From: Eubacteriales bacterium
GTDB lineage: Bacteria > Bacillota > Clostridia > Peptostreptococcales > Anaerovoracaceae
Direction: 5' to 3'
Length of the DNA: 49,165 bases
NCBI GenBank assembly: GCA_028680875.1
Contig: JAQUJQ010000001.1
Span: 1-49,165, forward strand
Shown: positions 28,696 to 36,129 of the stretch, in pieces
How positions within the stretch are numbered: the first letter of the stretch is position 1
Layout of the letters: each line of letters begins with the position of its first letter
Notes under the pieces: model-generated
Told to the model about the DNA's origin: nothing
The model's input: the letters and a program-made list of their open reading frames with translations, nothing else
The model's database searches: none
Made by a program: the position numbers and the translations under genes

Positions 28696-29676
28696 TTATT
28701 TCAAATAAACAGGGTTGATAAATGCCTGTGGATCGTGTGGCAAAAAGCAGGCGCGGGATATGTCCCGCCCTGATTTATCGACTTCAACACCGTAGGTTTG
28801 TAGAATGTAGTTTGCAACCGCAGCAAAATAGTTGCTGTGTGTTGTTCGTTTGGTATCAATTGGGATTATCCATTTAAGCCCATCGCCGGAAGGACTAACG
28901 AAAAGCATTTGCGTGTCAAAGTATTCATCCTGCAAAAGTTGCTTGCGAAGCAGATCAACGTTTTGCAAATGGTCAAAATCAATACACAATAATCCAGAAT
29001 GGCTTATGAGTGCTTTATCGTTCCTGGTTTGAAACATTCCTGAAAAAGTACAGTAATCGAAAGTTGAGGCTTTGAATTGCCGGGCTTGCTTAGGGTCTTT
29101 TATGCTTCTCAGTTTTTCAGTTCGTTGTTTTGCATAATCGCCGACAATGTAATTGTAGGCGTCAAGCAAGGAAATGGACTTGTGAGGAATGGTATTCCGA
29201 ACGGGAGCTTTGAAGAATGAAAAATGCCTCACCACAATGTCTGAACTGTGATTTGTTTGATTGTTGTGATTATTCTGATTTTGAATTTCAGTATTCGAAA
29301 TTCGGTTTTTGTAAAAATTGAATTTCTCACCAATATGCAGGTTCATTTCTTTATTTAGCGTTTGCAGCAACTCAGTTCCTGACTGTTTGTAATGAAGTTC
29401 AGCAAAGTCGAACGCATCACCGGCAGGAATAGCGTTTTCGCTATCCAAATGCCGAGCGAGTTCTTTATCCCAAGCATTGCCCAATATATTCTCTTTCTCA
29501 ATGAAGATATTCAATGTCGGCTTGTCGGCATTTAATGGGTTTTTTGCAGGTGAACAAGTCCTTCCCGAAAGGGAGAGGACTGTTTGACCCGGATAATACA
29601 ATTCCAAAATATGGGCATAGATTCCAATACCATAGTGCGTTTTGGATAATATCGCCTGTTTATTTATCTCTCCCAT
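28696..29676 (-). CDS. BT4734-like / VirE-N-type primase-related protein
   Basis: 326 aa. The C-terminal segments ...LLCIDFDHL...FVSPSGDGLKWIIP...RACFLPHD resemble the AEP-type primase-like domain found upstream of DUF3987 genes. Confidence 0.5.
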   Translation of the reverse strand: MGEINKQAILSKTHYGIGIYAHILELYYPGQTVLSLSGRTCSPAKNPLNADKPTLNIFIEKENILGNAWDKELARHLDSENAIPAGDAFDFAELHYKQSGTELLQTLNKEMNLHIGEKFNFYKNRISNTEIQNQNNHNNQTNHSSDIVVRHFSFFKAPVRNTIPHKSISLLDAYNYIVGDYAKQRTEKLRSIKDPKQARQFKASTFDYCTFSGMFQTRNDKALISHSGLLCIDFDHLQNVDLLRKQLLQDEYFDTQMLFVSPSGDGLKWIIPIDTKRTTHSNYFAAVANYILQTYGVEVDKSGRDISRACFLPHDPQAFINPVYLK

Positions 29677-30004
29677 AATTCCGAATTTTACGCATTGTAT
29701 AGTTGTCGGATAGGATTTTTATAATGTCCTGACGGCGATAGAATAGTTTATTGCCAAGACGTGAAAATGGCAATGTGCCGTTTGAGCGCAAAGTTTGCAA
29801 TGTACGTGGGCTGATATGCAGAATTTGCATCACATCCTGATTGTCGAGCCAATCAGAAAGGGGAGTATCCCCAACCCCTTCCAAGGGAGAGCTACTTTTG
29901 AGCATTCGCATACAAGGCAGTTGAGATAATGCCTTTTCAAATCCATTTTGTGGATTTTCCGCCATTTCTCGCAAAAACAGGACGCTATGTTTTGACTTTT
30001 TCAT
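29660..30004 (-). CDS. excisionase/MerR-like HTH DNA-binding protein
   Basis: 114 aa. The segment ...DVMQILHISPRTLQTLRSNGTLPFSRLGNKLFYRRQDI... is typical of HTH_17/Xis-like proteins. Confidence 0.6.
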   Translation of the reverse strand: MKKSKHSVLFLREMAENPQNGFEKALSQLPCMRMLKSSSPLEGVGDTPLSDWLDNQDVMQILHISPRTLQTLRSNGTLPFSRLGNKLFYRRQDIIKILSDNYTMRKIRNYGRDK

Positions 30005-30306
30005 CGCTTTGCCCTCCTTCCTTTACCGCTAATGTAGTCGGCTGCTTTTTGCTCCACATCAACAACGGAAGCGGAGCGATTGCGGGTTAACCATAAATTC
30101 AGTTCAGAGCGGCGGAAATAGAGTTTCTTCCCTTGCGGGCAATAGCACGGAATTGTATTACTACTTGTTAGCTTATACAAATGACTGCTGCTTAAATCGA
30201 GATACAAGCAGGCTTCAGCAAAAGTGAAGATTTCTTTTTGGAGAAGGTTCTGTTCCATCAATCGGCGTTCGATTGATGTGAGTTTGTTCAAAATATTCTC
30301 TTGCAT
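30001..30306 (-). CDS. excisionase/MerR-like HTH DNA-binding protein
   Basis: 101 aa. It carries ...FAEACLYLDLSSSHLYKLTSSNTIPCYCPQGKKLYFRRSELNLWL... and overlaps the next HTH gene by 4 nt. Confidence 0.6.
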   Translation of the reverse strand: MQENILNKLTSIERRLMEQNLLQKEIFTFAEACLYLDLSSSHLYKLTSSNTIPCYCPQGKKLYFRRSELNLWLTRNRSASVVDVEQKAADYISGKGRRAKR

Positions 30307-30448
30307 AGTTTTAAAAATTCGCCTTGATTTTATGCTTCTCGATTGTGGCGACTTTCAAAAGAAAAGCCGCAACTCCCATTGTGGGGATTGCAGCTACAAA
30401 AGAATAGTCAAAACAACAGTGTAACGGGTTACTGTAACCGGTTATAAA

Positions 30449-30838
30449 TTATCTTTTATTATTGTATGATACAGATATGTTTATATTTAGCTCATTAAAT
30501 ATCTTGTTAATGTTTTCCACTTCATCTTTGTGGTATGAGGTTAATTCGTCTGGATTCGAGAGGCGTTGGCGGATTTTTTCTTCGGAAAAATCAGTCAAAT
30601 AGCCAATTAAACGGGCTATTTTCGCTTTATCGTCTGACATCGTAGAAATGCCCGCTTTTTGCAAAATCAGCATTAAAACATCAGTAGTTACTTTTTGAGT
30701 ACGTTTTGCCTTACTCTTTTCTGGATTATCTATAACATTATTGAATGTTACAAGTATTTTAAGATCTTTCCCTATATCTATTAAAATATCAGAAAGTCGT
30801 TCCATCCATTTTTCAAAGTCTTCATTATTGATATACAT
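30449..30838 (-). CDS. hypothetical protein
   Basis: 129-aa ORF with normal composition. I recognise no motif. Confidence 0.4.
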   Translation of the reverse strand: MYINNEDFEKWMERLSDILIDIGKDLKILVTFNNVIDNPEKSKAKRTQKVTTDVLMLILQKAGISTMSDDKAKIARLIGYLTDFSEEKIRQRLSNPDELTSYHKDEVENINKIFNELNINISVSYNNKR

Positions 30839-31078
30839 ACTGCTTCTTTCAAAGATTAATACTGATTAATGCATTGACAGGGCAAAGTTCAACAGAATGG
30901 AGCAAAAAAATAAGGGGAATAGGTGTACTATTCCCCGATAAATAAATTGCAACAAATTATAATTCAGAGATATTTACATTGCATTTTTTGATTCTCCTGT
31001 TACAGAAGTAATATTGAAATTCACACAATATCTATTTATCTAATTAATAATCGACGTATTAATTAAAATGCTTCAGAT

Positions 31079-31708
31079 TTATCTATAACCTCTATTTTTA
31101 CTCTCAATTTTTATTGCGACAATCAGTTCGTTTAAAAATTCTGTAAGTTTAGTTGTCTTTCGTTTGAATACATCATCTCGTTTTTTATAAATATCAGCAA
31201 ACTGAAAATTCAAACCTTTCTCAAATACTCGCGTCAAGTCGGAAAAGTTAACAGCATGGCCTGCTCTGTTTCTTACAGAATGTGAATAAAATAATCCGCA
31301 TATTATTTCCATTATATCAATAAAATCAACATCCTCTGCCAAATAAACATTTGAGACAAATTCATTTTCTTGATTTTTAAAAAAAATATCAGGATTTTCC
31401 AACCGAAATCTTACAATTCGATATGTTGACTCCAAAATATCCAGAATTTTCATAAAAAAGATGTGTAAATCGGTTGTTCTACTATCAGATTTTATTTCTA
31501 GTTGCATATTGAGGCTCTTTAATTCTGTCACTGTATAGTTTATGGTAAAATATAAGAGAATTATATCCTGTTCTTCATGACAGAAATCGAGTAATTGATA
31601 AACAAAATCATCATAAGCATTCGATAATTCAGTGTAGTAAACGCTTTCGCGCTCTTTAACAGAACAAGAAAGCAGGTCAAATAACTTTGTATTCAGGAAC
31701 CGTTTCAT
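31079..31708 (-). CDS. RteC-like regulatory protein
   Basis: 209 aa. The C-terminal pattern ...FYSHSVRNRAGHAVNFSDLTRVFEKGLNFQFADIYKKRDDVFKRKTTKLTEFLNEL resembles the RteC winged-helix end, from memory of CTnDOT-type RteC. Confidence 0.45.
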   Translation of the reverse strand: MKRFLNTKLFDLLSCSVKERESVYYTELSNAYDDFVYQLLDFCHEEQDIILLYFTINYTVTELKSLNMQLEIKSDSRTTDLHIFFMKILDILESTYRIVRFRLENPDIFFKNQENEFVSNVYLAEDVDFIDIMEIICGLFYSHSVRNRAGHAVNFSDLTRVFEKGLNFQFADIYKKRDDVFKRKTTKLTEFLNELIVAIKIESKNRGYR

Positions 31709-31714
31709 ACATTA

Positions 31715-33325
31715 CTAAATTGAATCGTTCCTAATTTCTAACGATATATTTTTTGTTATTCCAATTTCACTGATAAAATGTTTGTCATGGGAAATAACAA
31801 GAACTGTTCCTTGATAATTTTTAATAGTACTAATGAGAATGGAAAGACTTGATATATCAAGATTGTTAGTTGGCTCGTCAAGAACAAACATATCAGGAAT
31901 ATGGTTGGAAATCATTAGACAACATAAGTAAAGCCTCATTCGTTCTCCTCCGCTTAGCGTTTGGCAATTTTTACCCCATGCTTCTTTTGGAAATAAGGCT
32001 CTGTTTAATCTTAATCGGATTTCATGTTCTTGCAGATTATTGGAATTATACTCATGTGCTAATTCAAGAACCGTAACGTTTTTATCTACTTGGACATATT
32101 GTTGGTCAAGATATATGTATGAAAAATCTGCTTTTCTAATTTCTCCTTTTAATGGGTTTAGTTCACCAATAAGCAATCTTATCAGAGTTGTTTTTCCTAC
32201 TCCGTTATCGCCTATGATGTGAATCCGTTCTCCGCTTCGTACTTCAATATTCAGTGGAGTTTTCCAAATCAGTTTTGTATCAATATATCCGAAATTTGCA
32301 TTTACGACTTCAACCAATAATTTTCCATTATGTAATTGTGCATTGTCAAAATCAATTTTAATTTTGTTGTTTATTTGCTGTCTCTGTCGTAAATCGGCGA
32401 GTCTTTGTTGACTGTCGCTTATGGCAGAAGCTTGTTTTTCCTTTAGTTTTGCCGAACTATTCTCGGCCAAAGCACCACGAGCATGCAGTAATATTCGAGG
32501 TTCACCGCCTTTCTGCTTATTTCGTTCTCCCTGTGATGACCGCTTTTCCTGGCTTTCTCGAATATCCTGTGCTTTTTTACGAGCTGTACGAAGAACTATT
32601 TGTTCCGCATCGATTTGCTGTTCCAAAGCTCTATCTTCAACTACTTTCTGTTCTCTGTAAAAAGAATAATTTCCACCATACGTTTTGATTCCCTTTTCTG
32701 ATAATTCGTATGTAGTGTCGAGTAGATTAAGGAGGGTAATGTCGTGGCTTACGACTATAATTGTGGCCTTGCAGGTAGAGATATAAGCGTATAGTTTTTC
32801 TCTACTTATTTGATCCAAATGATTGGTTGGTTCATCAAGCAGAATGATATCAGGTTTGTGGATCAACAACCCTGCGAGAAAAATTTTGCTTTTTTCTCCA
32901 CCACTTAACGAGTCTAAAGGAGATGTCAATTCAACATCCTTCAAACCCCAATAATCAAGTGCTGACTTGCAACGAGATTCAATATCCCAATCATCCTCCA
33001 ACAAATCATAATACGCATAATCATTACTGCCGTTATTAATGGCATGTAAAGCATTGATTTTTTCATCAACAACAAGAGCATCGGATATGCTTTGTCTTGT
33101 TATGCTGTTTTGTTGTGGAATATAATAAGGTTGAGAAGAGCATTGAATAGCTCCGAAAGAAGGTTTCAGTTTCCCTGCAAGCAATTTCAACAGGGTGGAT
33201 TTACCTGTCCCATTATTGCCAATAATGGACACCTTTCTGTTCGACGAAACAGAAAAACTAATATGTTCTAATAATGCTTGTTGATTGGAATAGTGATAGG
33301 AAATATCACTAATGATAATACTCAT
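31715..33325 (-). CDS. ABC-F family tandem-NBD ATPase (possible ribosome-protection/ARE type)
   Basis: The start was moved to MSIIISDISY at 33325. There are two Walker A motifs (GNNGTGKST, GDNGVGKTT), two signature motifs (LSGGEKS, LSGGERM) and no TM domain. A basic inter-NBD linker of about 80 aa is present. Confidence 0.85.
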   Translation of the reverse strand: MSIIISDISYHYSNQQALLEHISFSVSSNRKVSIIGNNGTGKSTLLKLLAGKLKPSFGAIQCSSQPYYIPQQNSITRQSISDALVVDEKINALHAINNGSNDYAYYDLLEDDWDIESRCKSALDYWGLKDVELTSPLDSLSGGEKSKIFLAGLLIHKPDIILLDEPTNHLDQISREKLYAYISTCKATIIVVSHDITLLNLLDTTYELSEKGIKTYGGNYSFYREQKVVEDRALEQQIDAEQIVLRTARKKAQDIRESQEKRSSQGERNKQKGGEPRILLHARGALAENSSAKLKEKQASAISDSQQRLADLRQRQQINNKIKIDFDNAQLHNGKLLVEVVNANFGYIDTKLIWKTPLNIEVRSGERIHIIGDNGVGKTTLIRLLIGELNPLKGEIRKADFSYIYLDQQYVQVDKNVTVLELAHEYNSNNLQEHEIRLRLNRALFPKEAWGKNCQTLSGGERMRLYLCCLMISNHIPDMFVLDEPTNNLDISSLSILISTIKNYQGTVLVISHDKHFISEIGITKNISLEIRNDSI

Positions 33326-33618
33326 TTTATTACAATTAATAGGGGTCTTAAACAAGACCAAATTAAACCGATAACTATTTACAAACTCACGGCGTCGGTT
33401 TAACCAAACCAACTATTAATTGTTAACTTTCATTGGAGTATTTTTAAATTCAAGTGCAAAGATAATGGTATTCATCAAAATAACAAAATATTTTCCCCAG
33501 TTTTCCTGAGAATGAGTTTGATAGTTGGAATATCTTTACTTTTGGAAATAAGCGATAATCTTGCATTTAATTGTATTGAATCGATGAAAAATCGCCTTTG
33601 GATTTGTGTAGATTGCCG

Positions 33619-33801
33619 AATTCAAGTAATAAATGCAACCCCTTTTTATATGCTAATTTTCAAGAATTTGCTTGTTGAAATTAGAATAACTTTAGTGTAA
33701 ATTATTGGATTAAAGTTATTTTCAATCCCAACAAGCCATCATTTTCATCATAACAAATTGTTTTATTGAACAATATTGGGGTTGCATTTATTACTTGAAT
33801 T
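33619..33801. repeat. 183-bp nested palindrome / long imperfect hairpin
   Basis: The outer 24-bp arms are at 33619-33642 and 33778-33801, with a perfect reverse complement. Inner arms are GCTTGTTG (33670-33677)/CAACAAGC (33729-33736) and AATAACTTTA (33685-33694)/TAAAGTTATT (33711-33720). Confidence 0.8.
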
Positions 33802-33847
33802 TAGGATTCTTAATCTTCATGCGTACTTAAATATGTTTATAAAGGGA

Positions 33848-34918
33848 TTATATTTTTATTTCTGGGAAACTGTCGATTGCTTCGCGTGCGCCTTTATCGG
33901 TAATGTTTGCGTAATGTTTAATGGTTGTTTGAACGGATTTATGCCCAAGTAATTTGCTGACCTTGTAAATATCAACGCCGCTTTCGAGGAGAATAACGCC
34001 AAACGAATGTCGGGCAATGTGGAAATGGAGTGTTTTTTTGAGCTCTAATTTGGTGGCTATATTTTTCAGTGCTTTATCACACGCCTGTTGCGTGGGAACG
34101 CTGAAAACCTTGTAATCATCTGCTTTGCGTTCGCCAAGCAAAGCGATTGCTTGGGGATTCATAGGCAAATAGGTTACGCCTGTTTGCTTGCCGTTTTTGG
34201 TCTGTGTTTTTTGCTGTGAGAATTTCAGTCGGAAGTCTTCTGTGATATTTCCCCAAGTGAGGTTTTTAATGTCGGAATAACGCATCCCACAAAAGCAGGA
34301 AAACAGGAATACGGTTTTCACTTTCGGGTTGAGGCTGCTTTGTGCTATCCGGGCAATTTCATCGGTTGTAAGGAAACTTACAATCGTTTCTTGTTTCTCG
34401 GGGGCTTCTATATCCAACAGGGTATCGGAAGCAACAATACTTTCGGTAATGGCTCTTTTGATAAACGAACGGAATTTGGAAAAATAGGCGTTAGCCGTAT
34501 TTCCGTGAAGATTGCTTGCTAGATAATCGGCAAAGCCCTGTACAAACTCCCGCTTTACCTCCTGCATTTGGAGCGATTTATTGGGCATATATTCTTTGAG
34601 GTGGTCAACAACCTGCATACTAACTTTGGTTGTTGCCTGGGCTTCGCAGTAGGCAAGAACTGACTGTTTACGCTTGTGTGCAGGTGTGATTCCGTTCGGA
34701 CTGGCGATAAGTTGGTTCTCCCGCTGGTTGCGGATTTGCTGGGCGAGTTTCAGAGATTCCTTGTTGGCTTCCCTCTCTTCCTTGGTGGGGCGATCGGATA
34801 GTACGGTATAGATTTTCAGGTATTCATAATGGCGTTTCCCATTCTGAAACCAGTCGAGATAATAACTTCCGTTTCCGTCGGCGAGCTTCTTAACTCGCAG
34901 TTTGACTGTTGTTTTCAT
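33848..34918 (-). CDS. int: tyrosine site-specific integrase
   Basis: The start was moved to the ATG at 34918 (MKTTVKLRVKKLADGNGSYYLDWFQNGKRHYEYLK, an Arm-DNA-binding-type N-terminus). Catalytic-region motifs are ...MRYSDI..., HIARHSFG and LLGHKSVQTTIKHYA. Confidence 0.9.
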   Translation of the reverse strand: MKTTVKLRVKKLADGNGSYYLDWFQNGKRHYEYLKIYTVLSDRPTKEEREANKESLKLAQQIRNQRENQLIASPNGITPAHKRKQSVLAYCEAQATTKVSMQVVDHLKEYMPNKSLQMQEVKREFVQGFADYLASNLHGNTANAYFSKFRSFIKRAITESIVASDTLLDIEAPEKQETIVSFLTTDEIARIAQSSLNPKVKTVFLFSCFCGMRYSDIKNLTWGNITEDFRLKFSQQKTQTKNGKQTGVTYLPMNPQAIALLGERKADDYKVFSVPTQQACDKALKNIATKLELKKTLHFHIARHSFGVILLESGVDIYKVSKLLGHKSVQTTIKHYANITDKGAREAIDSFPEIKI

Positions 34919-34920
34919 AT

Positions 34921-34971
34921 CCGTTTCTTTGAAACAAAGATACAAAAAAGAAACGGTTTGAGAAACGGTTT
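34921..34971. promoter_or_regulatory. putative arm-type sites (right arm)
   Basis: AGAAACGGTTTGAGAAACGGTTT is at 34949-34971, and an inverted half-site CCGTTTCTTT is at 34921-34930. Both lie directly upstream of the integrase start. Confidence 0.5.
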
Positions 34972-35092
34972 TATGCAAAAAAGAACAAATATGAGCAAAA
35001 AAGAAGAGTATTTCGGGAGGTAGTCAAATTTATAATTATCTAATATATAGATTATTATTAGTTTTTGCTTGTTCTTGTTTTCTGTGAAAATG

Positions 35093-35500
35093 TGGTATGT
35101 GATTCTTAAAGCAAATCACAACAGTAATATGGAATGGACAACAGAATAAAAAGGTGTCTGCGATATATCAAAGATACAAATTTTAAAGCAAATCACAACT
35201 GAACTTGTTTCTATCAGTGAAATCTATCTGGTGTCTGCGATATATCAAAGATACAAATTTTAAAGCAAATCACAACACCATAACGGCAGAGTAACTACGA
35301 ATCTTTGGTGTCTGCGATATATCAAAGATACAAATTTTAAAGCAAATCACAACTCCGCGGATGTTGCATTCATCTTTAGACAGGTGTCTGCGATATATCA
35401 AAGATACAAATTTTAAAGCAAATCACAACTGTAAGCGCGATATTACTTCTTCAATTGTCGGTGTCTGCGATATATCAAAGATACAAATTTTAAAGCAAAT
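35093..35500 (-). CRISPR. CRISPR array part B: hybrid partial repeat, 4 full repeats, 1 truncated repeat, 5 spacers
   Basis: The last 17 nt of the repeat lie at 35106-35122. They are preceded by GGTATGTGATTC, which is not repeat sequence. Full repeats start at 35153, 35230, 35307 and 35383. The final repeat (35460-35500) lacks its last 6 nt. Spacers are 29-30 nt. Confidence 0.9.
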
Positions 35501-35609
35501 GAAGATATGTGCTTATTGTGAAGGAGGGTTTGAATTGTCGACTCTTTGTCGACGGTTCAAATAGCAAACTATACGAGTTGCACGGTGAGCCCCAATGTGG
35601 AGGAGATAC

Positions 35610-35892
35610 GCATGAGGGTACTGACTCCACAATTACCATCTCAGTTATCCAATCACCAATGCAAAAATAAATAATGGAGATGATAAATCAAGAGGAGGTT
35701 TATGGTATCTGGGTGGGTATGCTCCGAAATAGCCAACTTGTAAGGATTTCTTACAAGTTTGCCAAGAGGGTTCTTGTCTGGTAATAAGCAATGTACATTA
35801 TAATTTGAACATGATTAGAACATTAGGCTATCTATTGAAAATCGAACTCACAAGTAATTCTTATAAGTTCAAACTGAGGGTGCTCGTCAAGT
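35610..35892. repeat. inverted-repeat copy A of a ~270-280-bp noncoding element
   Basis: It is the reverse complement of 48423-48692, about 95 percent identical by eye, with a 13-nt insertion (TACCATCTCAGTT) in copy A. It contains the hairpin ACTTGTAAGGATTTCTTACAAGT. Confidence 0.85.
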
Positions 35893-35931
35893 GATATTGG
35901 CCGACAATGCTATGATTCACGCATTTGCCGA

Positions 35932-36047
35932 GATGCAAAAGATAATATACGCTCTCCGAGCGATTCCGCAAGCAGCGAGAAGTTCTGCGAAGCAGGACGC
36001 CACGAGCAATGAGGACTAGCGAAAGAGCGTATATTATCTTTTGCATC
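35932..36047. repeat. perfect 24-bp stem with a 68-nt GC/purine-rich loop
   Basis: GATGCAAAAGATAATATACGCTCT (35932-35955) pairs with AGAGCGTATATTATCTTTTGCATC (36024-36047). Confidence 0.8.
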
Positions 36048-36129
36048 GTAAAGGACAAAATTATTTTCAAAAAACAAATCTGATTAAGCCGGGCCTGAAC
36101 ATCTGCAAATCGATATAACATATATCTTC

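Larger units (their letters stand above)
13339..35112. mobile_element. ~21.8-kb integrative element (prophage-remnant or satellite-like) inserted in a CRISPR repeat
   Basis: Hybrid repeats sit at both ends, sharing the core AAAGC at 13339-13343 and 35108-35112. A tyrosine integrase lies next to the right end. GAAACGG dyads (arm-type sites) occur only near both ends. The element also has an Xis-like HTH pair, a primase/DUF3987 module, a lysis cassette and defence cargo. Composition looks mosaic by eye. Confidence 0.75.

Noticed and set aside
26484-30838. Small ORFs near HTH genes as candidate anti-CRISPR genes on an element that targets a CRISPR locus
   Set aside because: No short ORF sits directly upstream of the XRE gene. 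The 129-aa ORF at 30449-30838 has no supporting feature. The idea is attractive but unsupported by the sequence alone.
31764-31775. Possible self-targeting: spacer 10 shares TATCAGTGAAAT with the ABC-F gene (reverse strand)
   Set aside because: The match is only 12 contiguous nt, consistent with chance in AT-rich DNA. A proper search of all 13 spacers against the element and genome is still needed.
33326-33412. 29-codon N-terminal extension of the ABC-F ORF. Similar extensions exist at 34919-34978, 14842-14883, 4891-4935, 38563-38622, 44961-45167 and 10442-10483.
   Set aside because: The extensions begin at non-ATG or poorly placed codons, lack family-typical sequence, and in some cases overlap terminators or neighbouring genes. 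Internal ATGs give canonical N-termini.
12692-35500. Interpretation as two independent CRISPR arrays that happen to share a repeat
   Set aside because: The inner ends are complementary partial repeats (31 perfect nt and 17 perfect nt) that rebuild one repeat. The intervening DNA has an integrase and arm-type sites at its ends. A split single array is the simpler reading, though it is not proven without an empty-site comparison.
35691-35735. AGGAGG plus a 13-codon ORF (MVSGWVCSEIANL) inside inverted-repeat copy A
   Set aside because: The copy-B version has a stop after 5 codons, and Bacteroidota rarely use Shine-Dalgarno sites. It is probably not coding.
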